The notes under the pieces were generated by a model that was not told the DNA's origin, did not search any database, and saw only the letters and a program-made list of their open reading frames with translations. A DNA stretch of 64,000 nt from Piromyces finnis finn (taxonomy: Eukaryota > Fungi > Neocallimastigomycota): positions 682,001 to 746,000 of the forward strand of contig MCFH01000006.1 of assembly GCA_002104945.1 (NCBI GenBank), read 5' to 3'. Within the stretch, counting starts at the first letter, position 1. Each line of letters begins with the position of its first letter. Made by a program: the position numbers and the translations under genes. Shown piece after piece: positions 34,885-46,951 of the stretch.

Positions 34885-35376
34885 AATCATCATCGTTGAA
34901 CATTTCTGGTAGGCAATGCACTACAAATAAACCATTCATATTATCTTTTAAAACAATATACTTTTTATTTTCTAATATTTAAAAAATTAATTTGGTATAT
35001 ATCAAATTTAAAAAAAAAAAATAATAATAATAATAATATAATATGTACGTATGTTATATTATTTAAAAGGAGGAAATTTTATTTTTATATTTAATAGAGT
35101 TATTTTTTATTTAATTTACAGATTTTTTTTTCTTTTTTTTTTTTTTTATTTTATTTTATTTAATAAAAAAAGAATTTTTTTTTTATAAAAATCTTTTTTA
35201 TATGGTATCTATGATTAATTATATATTCTTTTTTTTGAATTTTTTAAAATTATATTGATTATTAAAAGTTATTTATTTACAATTTATACATTTAAAAAAA
35301 ATAGTATTTATAAATATTTAAATTATTTTATTATGTATATCAAAAAATAGATAGATAGGAAAGATATTTTACTATT

Positions 35377-37476
35377 TTATATAAATCTTGATCTTATTAA
35401 ATTAGCAATAGAAGGATATCCTCTTTTAAGAGCTATGAAATATGGAGTAAAACCATATCTATTTCTAGAATTTCTATTAGCTTTATGAGATAAAAGTAAT
35501 TTTACAAGAGATTCATTACCATTATTACAAGCAATTAGTAAAGCAGTGTTAAGATCACAGTTTTTACTTTCAATATCTGCTTTATAGTTTAATAATAACT
35601 CCACAATATCAATGTGACCCTTTTCAGTAGCTAGAATTAAGGAAGTATTTCTATCTTTATCATGAACATTAAGATTTATATGATATTCTGGATCAGTAAT
35701 GAGAGTTTCTACTATTGACAAATATCCATATTCACTTGCTTTTAATAATAAAGTATTGATTTCGTTTTCTCCCAAAACATTTCCCTTACGTCCATATCTT
35801 ACAAGCATATTTACAACCTTAACATAACCATTTTCACAAGCCATTGAAAGTGCTGTCTTTTTTTCAGTATTTTCTTTGGTCATATCTGCATTATTACATA
35901 AAAGTAATTCTACAACCTTTTCATAACCATTAGCGCTTGCTAAAGACAAAGCAGTATCATAATTTTTATTTTGTTTATCGATAGTAGCATTACGATTGAT
36001 AAGTTTATATACAATAGATTCATGACCATACTTACTAGCAAGCATTAATGGAGTATCACCACCATGGTTTTTAACATTTATATTAACAAAGAGACCTAAA
36101 CCAAGAATGAAATCGACTACTATTTCATTTCCTTTTTCAGCAGCATATAATAAAGAATACCAGTTACGATTTTCATTATCTCTATGTTTTTGACTTAAAT
36201 ATTTCTTATAATAATTTATAAGTAAAAGTTGAGGAAGACTATGATTTGATAAAATAGCTAAAGTTAAAGCACAATCAAAATTGCAACCGGGTAGAGTAAA
36301 TATATCACAATCCTTTTCATCCAATTCTAAATCAATATCTTGATTTGAACGATTTCTAATTTTTAGACACTTGTAAAGGAAATTTAGATTATTACTCCAA
36401 ACAGCCTTATAAAAGTTATATACAGTTGGATGAGAAGAACTGCCATAAGAATGTTCCATTATATATCTAACATTTCTTTCAGTAAATTTCAAAGATTTTA
36501 CTATTGGAGATGAATTGTCACGATTACATCTACAAATATCAGCATCATATTTCATTAATAACTCGATCATTTCTTTTTTATTATTAATAACACTGAGCAT
36601 CAATAAACTGTTTCCGTATTCATCGGTGATGGATTTATCATAGCCGTTTTGGAATAAGGATTCAACCATTTTTTTATAATTATTAATAACAGCCCAGAGA
36701 AGAATATTGATATTATAATATGTTTCAAACGTTTTAAATGTTTCTTGTCTGTCAAAAATATTTTTGTTTTTTACAAGACAATAATCTAAAACAGCATCAA
36801 TAATACTTTCATTTCTTGTTTTACAAGCAGAAATTAAAGCATTTTCACCATCATTATCAGTAATACTGACTTTATATTTATTACCATCATTTATCATTAT
36901 TTCTCTTATTTGTTTTTTTGTTATCATCATTTTGTTTTTACCACATAAAATTAATTTTAATACAGCATTTGTTGAAACATAACTATGATTTAATAATAAA
37001 CGAAGTTTTCTTAGATTACTGGTGTTAATGGCATACATAACAGCTGTTTTTCCTTTTTTATCTTTCATATTAAAATTAGCATTATATTTTAACAACAATC
37101 CCATAATATCATGGAAATGACTATATTTACAAATATATATTAAAGGATTTTCTCCTTCATTATTAGAAAGTTTCAAACTAGCTCCTTTACTTAATAATAA
37201 ATTAACAATATCATATTGATTATTAGAAATAGCTATTAAAAGAGGAGTTTGACCATTTGAAAATTGAACATCAACATTCACATAATTTAAAATAAGTTCT
37301 ATAATTCTTTTTGAAGCATTTTTATTTAAACAGTATTCAAAAACCATTTTAATATTTTCCTCTGTAAGAATATTTAATTTTTGTTTAAATACTGCATTGA
37401 AATAATCAAAATCATCTTTATTTATGCTCTCAATAAAAAGAGGATTTTTTAAAATATCATAATTTGTAGATTCCAT
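35377..37476 (-). CDS. Ankyrin-repeat protein, 699 aa, intronless
   Basis: Repeated G-x-T-P/A-L-x-x-A...V-x-x-LL motifs (GQTPLLIAIS, GKTAVMYAI, GDTPLMLASK, NTSLILATEK, NTALLIACN, GFTPYFIAL). Confidence 0.93.
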   Translation of the reverse strand: MESTNYDILKNPLFIESINKDDFDYFNAVFKQKLNILTEENIKMVFEYCLNKNASKRIIELILNYVNVDVQFSNGQTPLLIAISNNQYDIVNLLLSKGASLKLSNNEGENPLIYICKYSHFHDIMGLLLKYNANFNMKDKKGKTAVMYAINTSNLRKLRLLLNHSYVSTNAVLKLILCGKNKMMITKKQIREIMINDGNKYKVSITDNDGENALISACKTRNESIIDAVLDYCLVKNKNIFDRQETFKTFETYYNINILLWAVINNYKKMVESLFQNGYDKSITDEYGNSLLMLSVINNKKEMIELLMKYDADICRCNRDNSSPIVKSLKFTERNVRYIMEHSYGSSSHPTVYNFYKAVWSNNLNFLYKCLKIRNRSNQDIDLELDEKDCDIFTLPGCNFDCALTLAILSNHSLPQLLLINYYKKYLSQKHRDNENRNWYSLLYAAEKGNEIVVDFILGLGLFVNINVKNHGGDTPLMLASKYGHESIVYKLINRNATIDKQNKNYDTALSLASANGYEKVVELLLCNNADMTKENTEKKTALSMACENGYVKVVNMLVRYGRKGNVLGENEINTLLLKASEYGYLSIVETLITDPEYHINLNVHDKDRNTSLILATEKGHIDIVELLLNYKADIESKNCDLNTALLIACNNGNESLVKLLLSHKANRNSRNRYGFTPYFIALKRGYPSIANLIRSRFI

Positions 37477-39660
37477 TTTTTTTTTCTTTTTATTCTTTTG
37501 TCTTAATTTAATTTCTTTCGGCTTTTTTTTAACTTTTCTTTAATTATTTCTTCCAGAAAACTATTATTTTACAGAATTATGGATAGTATAATTACAATTT
37601 CTAAAGAGAATTATCTTTATTGCATTTAAAAATATGTTATTAATAAACTTTTAAACTATATCCTTAAAAATATTTAATTTATCTTATTAAGAAAAAAAGA
37701 TTTTATTTTATATTGTTATTATTGTTATTATTATAAATATTTAATAATGCCATAATTTAATTGTTTTAATAATTCCTTTATATATACAATATATACAATG
37801 TGACTAACTTTAAATATTTCTTAAAAAAAACAATTTATTAAAATATTATATAATATAAATGTACTTGTCAAAAAAAATTTATGTTTCTTTTTAGATAAAG
37901 TGATATTATTTATTATTTAAAAAAATAAAATAAAAAGAAACTCGGTTTTTAATTTAAATGTAAAAATATAGGTTAAATTTATCTTTTATATATTAATTAA
38001 TTAATATTACTAAAATATTCTTATTTACAAAATTTATAAAAGTTAAAGAAAAATGAAAGGGAGCGTCTATCTTTATATACTTTTTTAAAAATAAGTGTTC
38101 TAAAATATTATTCCCACATTTCATAATAATTTTAATTTTAATTATTAAGATTAATTTATTTGATATTGGTAATATAAATTATTATCATAATTTTAAATAT
38201 TATCATTATTAATTGCTAATAATTTTTTAATATATTAATGTTATCGCTTAAAAATAGGTCAAAAAAAAAAAAAAAAAAAACATTTTTATTCATAAATAGA
38301 AAATAACACAATAATTAATCAATACTCAATACTATAATATAATCATAAAAAATAAGTAATCTAAAAAAAAATAAATAAATAGAATAATATAATTGTAAAG
38401 AGATTTTAAATAATATTCATTGTGAACGAACGCATAAAAAATAATAACATTTAATATACTAATATTGACATTTAAATAACATGATGCTTTTATTTAATAA
38501 AAATAGATTTGATAAGAAAATGAATTCAAATTTTAATATTATTATACAATATATTATCTAAATTGTCTTTCATATAAATTAATATATGGTGGACAATTTA
38601 ATTTTTTATTAATATAAAATTTTTATCATAATAAAAATTCTATTTTTTAGATAATTTTAAAAAAAAAAAAAAAAGATAATAGAGATAATGATTAATTTGT
38701 TTAGTTTTATGGTAGATTATATATAATTCTTATTGAAAAAGAATAGGTAATATGCCAAGGTAAATATTATTTTATTATTCCATGAATAAATATTAAAATA
38801 TTCTTAAAATTAGGTAAAGACGACTAATAACTAATAAGCATTTTATCCTAATGAAAAAGGGAAAATGGTATCCTATGTTTTGTGTGACAAAAACGTTTAA
38901 TCCCTAAATATCACATGAATTTGATTATGAAAGAATATGTGGAAAAATTATTAATTAAATGAATATAAATATTATGAATTTCCCTTTTTTTTTTTTTTTA
39001 ATAATAATAAGCCATTATTATTAAAAAAAAAATAAAGTGTATAGGATAGATTTTAAAAAGTATTAAATATATACATTGACTATTTATTGATTCATTTAAT
39101 TCAATTATTTATCAATTTTCCTCTTTTTTATTATATATAAATCATTATCTGGTTTGGCTGTTTGACGGTTAGATAATCATAAATTTTTTTTTTAAAACTT
39201 TAATTATTATATGGTTAAATGGATTAATAATCTATCAATTATTCTCAATATGATAGCATAAATGACCCAACCAAAAATTTAGTAAAGACATAAATTTAAG
39301 AGGTCACATTGTATTAATTAAAAGAATTATATCAAAACTTTAATTTTTTTATTTTTTTTTATATTAAATTTTATGGCACTTTATTTTTTGTTTATATAAA
39401 ATTTAATGGTAATGATTGAAGATAAAAAATAAAAAAAACCATATTAATACTATAAGTAAAATTTTTACTTTTATTAAAACCTAAAATATAATTGTCTGTT
39501 TAAATAAGAAAATATTATTCTATATAATAGTATACATATTTATTAATGTAGTTGTATTGTTTTTTTTTTTTTTTTTTATTCATTCTTTTTACATTCATAG
39601 ATATAATAAAACCAATAAAGTTTAAATGACTTTATTCACCTTTGAAATATTTATCAATTA

Positions 39661-39730
39661 TTATTTTTATTTTTATTTTTATTTTTATTTTTATTTTTAT
39701 TTTTATTTTTATTTTTATTTTTATTTTTAT
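39661..39730. repeat. (TTTTTA)n hexamer microsatellite ending in poly(T)
   Basis: About 11-12 tandem units seen directly. Confidence 0.9.
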
Positions 39731-39950
39731 TTTTTTTTTTTTTTTTTTTTGAAATTTTAAAACATTTTAGTATTTATATAGTGTTGTGTTAAACGGAATA
39801 TATTTAATGCTTATTTATAAAAAAAAATGTTTATATATATAACATTAAGAATTATAATGATATATTACAATGTTTTTATTTTTATAAAAATGGAATAAGG
39901 GTTGTAAAAGTTTATTTATACCAGTAAGGTAGAATAAAAAAATTTTTTTT

Positions 39951-42900
39951 TTATTCGCTATCAACGAAATAACATGGAATTTGAAGTTCATCATCCATTA
40001 ACTTTAGCTTTTCTTTAAGATTTTCATAACTATCTTCTGGAAGACGACCAATCATTTCAGTATTTTCCTCTCCTAAAATTTCTTTAATATTAGATGGTAC
40101 CCAAATACCAGAAAGATTATTGGTAATTAATGGCCAGAAATAGGAATGATGTTCATAAAAACCTGGTGTTTTAGCAGTTTTACCTTCATGATCTTGTTCT
40201 GCATTTTTCATAATTTCTTCCATTTGCATTTCTTTAAGATCGATAGCTTTATCATCATCTTGTACTTTTTCTTTTTGATTCTTTTTATAGTTTTCATAAT
40301 TAATGTTTGAAGAAGAATATTGATCTAATGGAAGATGAATGGTTCTTCTTTCATACGTTGCCTTAAATATATAATAATACAAAGCAGTACCGAAAATTGC
40401 TGGAATAAGTGAGAACCCAATTAAATAGCCTTATTAAATAGATAAAAAACATAGTTAATTAGTAGGTGATTAGTAATACTTAACTGATAGATAGTATAAG
40501 TCATTATACTATTTTTAATATTTTTAAAATGTTATTCTTTAAATATTCTATAAACTTACATCCTTTAAATACAAATATTTCCAACATAATAAATTGAAGA
40601 ATTAATAATCCAAAAACAATACGGTCATGAATAAAGACCCAGTTTTTGCCATAATATTCCCATTCCTTTATATATATATATATATATTTAAAATATAAAA
40701 TTAAAATTATTAATATTTATAAAATAAATATTAAATATCTTTGTAAATTTTAAAAACTTACCTTAACGTAATAATATAAAATTTGATATTTGTAGGCATA
40801 ATAACCAACAATACAGAAAAAGAAACCACAAAGTAAAATAAATGGTGAAATAATAGAATATACAATAGTAATTACAATAATAACTAATGCTGGTGGGAGT
40901 ATGTAACAGTAATCGGGCTATAATATAAAAAAAAAAAAAAAAAATGGAAATGGAAATGGAAAAATGTAAATGATTTGTTTTGTTTTACTTTGAAGAAAAA
41001 TTGAATTAAAAATTTAGGAATTACATAATATGTTTCATTCTTTAAATTATAATAATCTCTTGGAGTTTTGCACGCTAATTTTTTAAACCAATATAAGAAT
41101 GGAAGATATGGTTTTGTAAAATCAGTAATAATAGATACTGGGTAGTGAGCTACCAAGTTAATGAAATAAGTTGATCCCTAAGTAATAGAATTAAAAAAAA
41201 ATTAATAACAAATTGCGGAATACAATATTTATAAAATTTATTTAGTTTTTAACATTAATTATATTAGAATATATAAATACCTGTGGAATTAATGAACCTA
41301 TAGTATATACAATAGACATTGGAGATTGAAGTAAAGCACTTAAGAAGGTAAAGAAAGCATTCTATAAAATTATATATATATTAGATATATTAGAAATTTT
41401 AAAAAAAAAAGGGGGGAGGAAGGAAAAAACTTACCGATATAGCAAAAACAAAAAGCATATTAACTAATAAGAAAATATAATATTTTCCCATAACAGATTG
41501 TTCCTTGGCAGAACGAGATTCGAAACACTGGAAGGAAGAAATAAAGTAGAAAACGTATGGTGCCAAAGTCATAAATAAATTAGTAATCATTGGTGGAATT
41601 AAGGTTTGTAAAAATTCCAAATTTTCTATAGTAAGAAGCCATGGTAAACGTTCGCGTAACCATTCAATATTCTCAAGTTTATCAATAGTTGCTAACCCAG
41701 AAATAAAAGATACAGGAATAAACCAGAAAATAATAAGTATGATAGTTAAAATAGTTAAGGTAAAGTTTTGTAAAATTTTTCTTTTAATAGAAATATCAAT
41801 ATTTTCCCATATAATATCGTTATAATGAGGTGCCGGAGTACAAATCATATCAAATGTATTATTTGATGAGCAAAGAATAACTTGAGATGCAATTGTTGAT
41901 GAATGTTGATTTTTGAAAGTTACAAAACCAGTAGTAGTATATACGCTTGGATCATCATCATCATCAAAAAATCTTTTACGGCTTTCATTAATGATTTTTG
42001 TATATTTAATTAATCTTTCAGTATAGTATTCAATACTATCAACCACTAAACCAGAGGATTTAATGGATTTTGGTCTTAAAGATTCAATAATATAGTTTTT
42101 ATCAATGACATCATGATTTAAAATAGGTGTAGTTTCATTAGGTTCTGAATTGTCGGAAAAAGATATGTTTTTATTTTTCTTAGGTGATTCTTCAACAATT
42201 TCATCTTTTTCTTTTTCAATAATTTCTTTCTTTATTGTCTCTAACTCTATTTTAGAAAGAGTTGGCTCATGAGTAAGAGTACGAATTTTTCTTTTAGATT
42301 TTAGCTCATTTTCTTCTTCTGTTTCATTGACACTGTTTTCTTTTTCTTTAGCATTTGTTGGAGTTTCTGTTCCTAATGCTTCTGATCTAGTAACAATTTC
42401 AGTAAGATCTTTGTTATTGTTACTATTTTGTCTTTTTTGATATTCAAGAACATTTTTAATCCATTCACAATATGCTCTTTCTAATGATAATAATGCTTTT
42501 TGACGTTTATTATAAATTTCAATGAAATACTCATCATAGTCTCGCATAACAAAAGCATTTTCTACTTCACCAATATCATGATCAATAAACCATTGTTTTA
42601 ATGCTTTGTCCGTTCTATAATTAACAGGAATTCCTTGGACAAGAACAGTACGGAATTGAGTTAATTCATCTGATCTTTCTTCGTTATTTCTAAGAGTTTC
42701 TTCTTTTTTATTTTCATACTCGTATCTCAAATATTCAGTATAATACTTTATGAAATAAATAAAATATAAATTAATAACAAATTAATTTATTTAATATATA
42801 ACATAATAAATATATCTTAATAATAATTACGTCATATAACTTTTTGCAAACATAAAATGAAAAAATATAAACAAGTATTGCATGTATTATATGTAAATTT

Positions 42901-43642
42901 GAATTATGTGGAACATTCGCAATTGAAAAACGTTTTAAACCTATTGATAAAAATGGCATGGTTGTATTATCATAATGTTCATAATCAGGTGTTTGAGCAA
43001 AATAATTAACAGGAAGCAAAATTGGAACAATAATAATTGAACCAAAAGCAAATATTGTTGCACCAAATTTAAACATTCTTATAAACATAGCTGATTTACA
43101 TTATATAAACAAAAAAAAAAAAAAAGTTTTATAAACACTACTATTATATAATAATAACTCAATATATATATAAAACATTATATTTGAATATATATCTACC
43201 TGCATCCAAGCCAATATTATCAACAATCCATTTATCCGGAATTGAATGAATATGTTTTATTATATCTATTAAACCTTCTTTATATTCTGGTGTATTTTTG
43301 CTATACAAATTAAAATGGAATTTTTGATACAATTAACTATATATTTCTTCGAAAAATAAAAGTATTTTGGTAACTTCATTATATAATACACAAAAAAAGG
43401 GTAAAAAAGCATTTAATTAAAAAAGATTTTTATAAAGACTTACGATAATACAGTTAATCTTTTGAAATAAATTAATTTTCCCCATTTATACTTTCTACAA
43501 ACATTCAAAAAAACCACTGCAATGGTTAATGCTACTATTGAAATTAATACTTGGATAATTAAACCAATTATTGAAGGTCTATCGACTTTCCAATGACTAA
43601 TGTCATCCTGAATTGCATTATCATTATCTCCTATTATATCCA

Positions 43643-43643
<1 letters not shown>
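39951..43643 (-). CDS. OSCA/TMEM63 (CSC1/RSN1/PHM7 family) calcium-permeable stress-gated channel, about 8 exons
   Basis: IGLDA-MFIRMFKFG, IIVPILLPVNY, RTVLVQGIP, TGFVTFKNQ, APHYNDIIWENI, FWFIPVSFISGL, YSIISPFIL, YKYQILYYY; phases close across exons. Confidence 0.92.
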
Positions 43644-43674
<31 letters not shown>

Positions 43675-44807
43675 TTATTTTATTTTATTATTACTATTTT
43701 TTTGAAATTTTTGTTTTTTATTTTATTTTTATTAAATTAATTTTTATATTTATATTTTCTAAAATTGTTTTTTTGTTAAGATTTATTACTATTCATATTG
43801 ACAAATATTATGATTTACAATAAAAAAAAAAATATTATTTAACTTTTCTGTAACTTGTCAATTGAAATTTTTTTTTTTCTCATTAATTCAAATGAAATGT
43901 ATCAATTTCTATATTATTTTTAAATAATATTTTTATTTTTTTCTATATTTAATTAATTTATTGATTTTTTATTTATTTATTTATTTATTTTAATTAAATT
44001 CCCTTTCTTTTAAAGATTTAGGATGAAGAGCTTATATTACTCCTCAAAATATATTTTTATATATTTTCGTTTTGAATTTTAATTTTATTTATTATTTATA
44101 GTTTTTAATTTTTGGATGAAGATACCATTAACCTTCATACATATATATTTTCTTTTCTTTTCTTTTTTTTTATTCTTATTATTAATATTTATTTAATTTC
44201 TCTTCTTTTTGATTGTTACTATTTTTTTTTATTATTATTATTTTTATTTTATTTTTTAAAATTTTATTTTAATTTTTATATTTTAAAAAAAAAATTGGAA
44301 AAATAAAAGAAATGTCTTAATATATTAATTATACATATTATATTTTATTATAATATCTAGTGAAACAATTTTAATTCTGATTAAATTAAAATTAATTTAT
44401 ATATTAAAAAAAAGGTTCAAAAAAATTAATATATTATATATCATCTTAAAACTATTTTTTTAAAATTTGATTCATATAATAATATTATGATTGCTTTACC
44501 AAAAAAAAATAGCTATAATTACATTTTTATAAATATTACATTATTTAATTATTTAGGTATTTAGTTGTCTTTATTTATAAAAACAAGAATAAATATAAAA
44601 TAATAAATATAATACTTGAAAAAAAAAAAAGTTGGTTATATTACATTGTAAATTTTATTTATACTTGAAATTTGCTGTAAAATAGAATATCTTAAAAAAA
44701 TGATTGGATTTTATTTAATTAAATGATTATTTCTTTATAGAATTAAAATTTTCAGTTATTAAAAATTTTTCCATTAATTTATATAAATTTTAAAAATTTT
44801 TTTAAAT

Positions 44808-45407
44808 ATGGCAGCAAAAGAAGTGTACTGTCCTAAAAATGATACAGAAAATATTAAAGAACTTAGTAGATATATTTACAATAAATTAAGAGTAACTATT
44901 GAAGATAAAAGAGAGTTTATAGGATATTTCATGTGTATAGATAAGGATAAAAATATTATTTTATCTGCGACTAATGAGTATTGTTTAAAAGAAGAAACAG
45001 ACAAAAAAGACCAAAATGAAATAGATAACAGTGATGATTTCGAATTTGATGAAAATAAAATGTTTGAGGATAAATGTAAATTTAGGACATAATAAATATA
45101 TAAATATAATAAATAATATTAAAATTGCGTAATTTATTTTAATAATTGTTTTTTGTTATTACTACTATTATTATTGTTATATTAACAAATTGAAATTAAA
45201 AAAAAAACAAAGACGAATCACGATTTGTAGGATTAATTATGGTAAACAAGAATAAATTTAAAAAAATTTTTTTAATATTAAAATATAAAATAAATGAAAG
45301 CGCGAATTAAAGATTGATTAATTAATTATTATGTATAATTTAATATTACTTAGATACCAGGAAAATATATTAAAAAGGTTGAGGCTGTATCTTTCCCATA
45401 TATATAA
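44808..45407 (+). CDS. NAA38: NatC auxiliary Sm-like subunit (Mak31/NAA38/LSMD1), 3 exons
   Basis: Sm1 motif LRVTIEDKREFIGYFMCIDKDKNIILS; Sm2 motif RFVGLIM|IPGKYIKKVE split over two short exons. Confidence 0.85.
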
Positions 45408-46951
45408 TTACATAAATGTAAAATAATTTAATCAATTATCTATACCAGATTTCTTTTCCTTTACATGTTTAAGTTAAAACGTATATATATAACAACATAA
45501 AATTACACTTTTATATTCCTTTATATTAAACTATATACCATAAAACTTTATTAATCTTGAAAATAAATTATTATTACTTACTTACAATTATAAGAAATAT
45601 GATATAAAATAATAATATCATAAAGATATTATTTTAAGATACAATAAAAATTTTACTTATTATAAAAATTGCTACATAATGAAAAATCTTATTAATGTTT
45701 AACACATTATATACGCATATTAGTCTTTAATTCAAATCAACGTTGTATATTACATATTACTTAATAAAATAGCCTAAAACTAAGTAATAATCTTTTAATA
45801 TTATTATTGCCTATAAAACAATAAACAATAAATATATATTTATTAGTACTTTGTAAAATAATAAAAATTTAAAGATTTTACATATTTGTTTTTAAAATAA
45901 TTTATTTTATATATGCATAACCAAATAAAAGTATAAATTATAATTCATTATTAAAGTTTTTTTACAATAATAAGGTTATATGTTATAATAGTTTAAATAA
46001 TTTTTATATTATTTTATGAATTATTCCAGATAAGATATTCCATCTTAAAATTGTAATAAAGATAGTTTTCTAAAAAAAAGGAATTATTTAAATTATTTAA
46101 TAATTTATATAGTTGTAATAATTATAATTAGCTTCTTACAAAATTAAGTACTATTTATATATATTTAAGTTATTTTTAAAAAATTACTTATCTTTAATAA
46201 CTTAACAAAATGATTATTTATAATAATAATTATTTATTTTTAATAAAGTAACTTAACAATAATAAGTCAATTTAATAAATGAAATTTCTGTTCCTTATAG
46301 AAAAAAAAAATATATTATTTTTACTTTTTTTTTTTTTTAATTATTTTTCTATTATTTATTTATATTTATTTATTGTTATTCTAAATTATTATTTTTTTTT
46401 ACTCCTATTACTATGATTATTTAATGTCAATATAAAATATTATGATTCAAACGGAAATAATAGCTTCATAGATGAATTAGAAGAAATTCACATTTTGGAA
46501 ATGACTTGCCAGGAATTTATACCAAAGAAAATTGAGGTTGTGTAAAATTTAGCCTGAGCATTTCTAATAATAATTTTTTCTAAATTTAAATAATTAATAT
46601 GTTTCTATTTTCCATTTTTATACATTTGTATTATACATTTTTTATATATTTTAATTATAGTTTACAATTTTATATAAAATATTTGGCATCAAGATGTGTA
46701 GAAATAATAAATATTTTTATTACATAATAAAATGATAAATAATGAAAGTGTTATTTAAATTATATATAATATATAAAGTTGTATTTTCCTTTCTTTTCTT
46801 ATACGTTAAATTAAGATGATATAATGGAATAATATTAATAATAAAATTATATAATTAAATGAATAACCTTATTCCATAAATTTTAAAAGTTTAAATAAAT
46901 TAAAAGTAAATTTTTAGTAATTTAGTAAAAAAAAAAAAAATTTAAAAAAGG

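Noticed and set aside
46441-46555. Short coding-like patch (…IDELEEIHILEMTCQEFIPKKIEVV*)
   Set aside because: No start, splice partner or homology that I can recognise.
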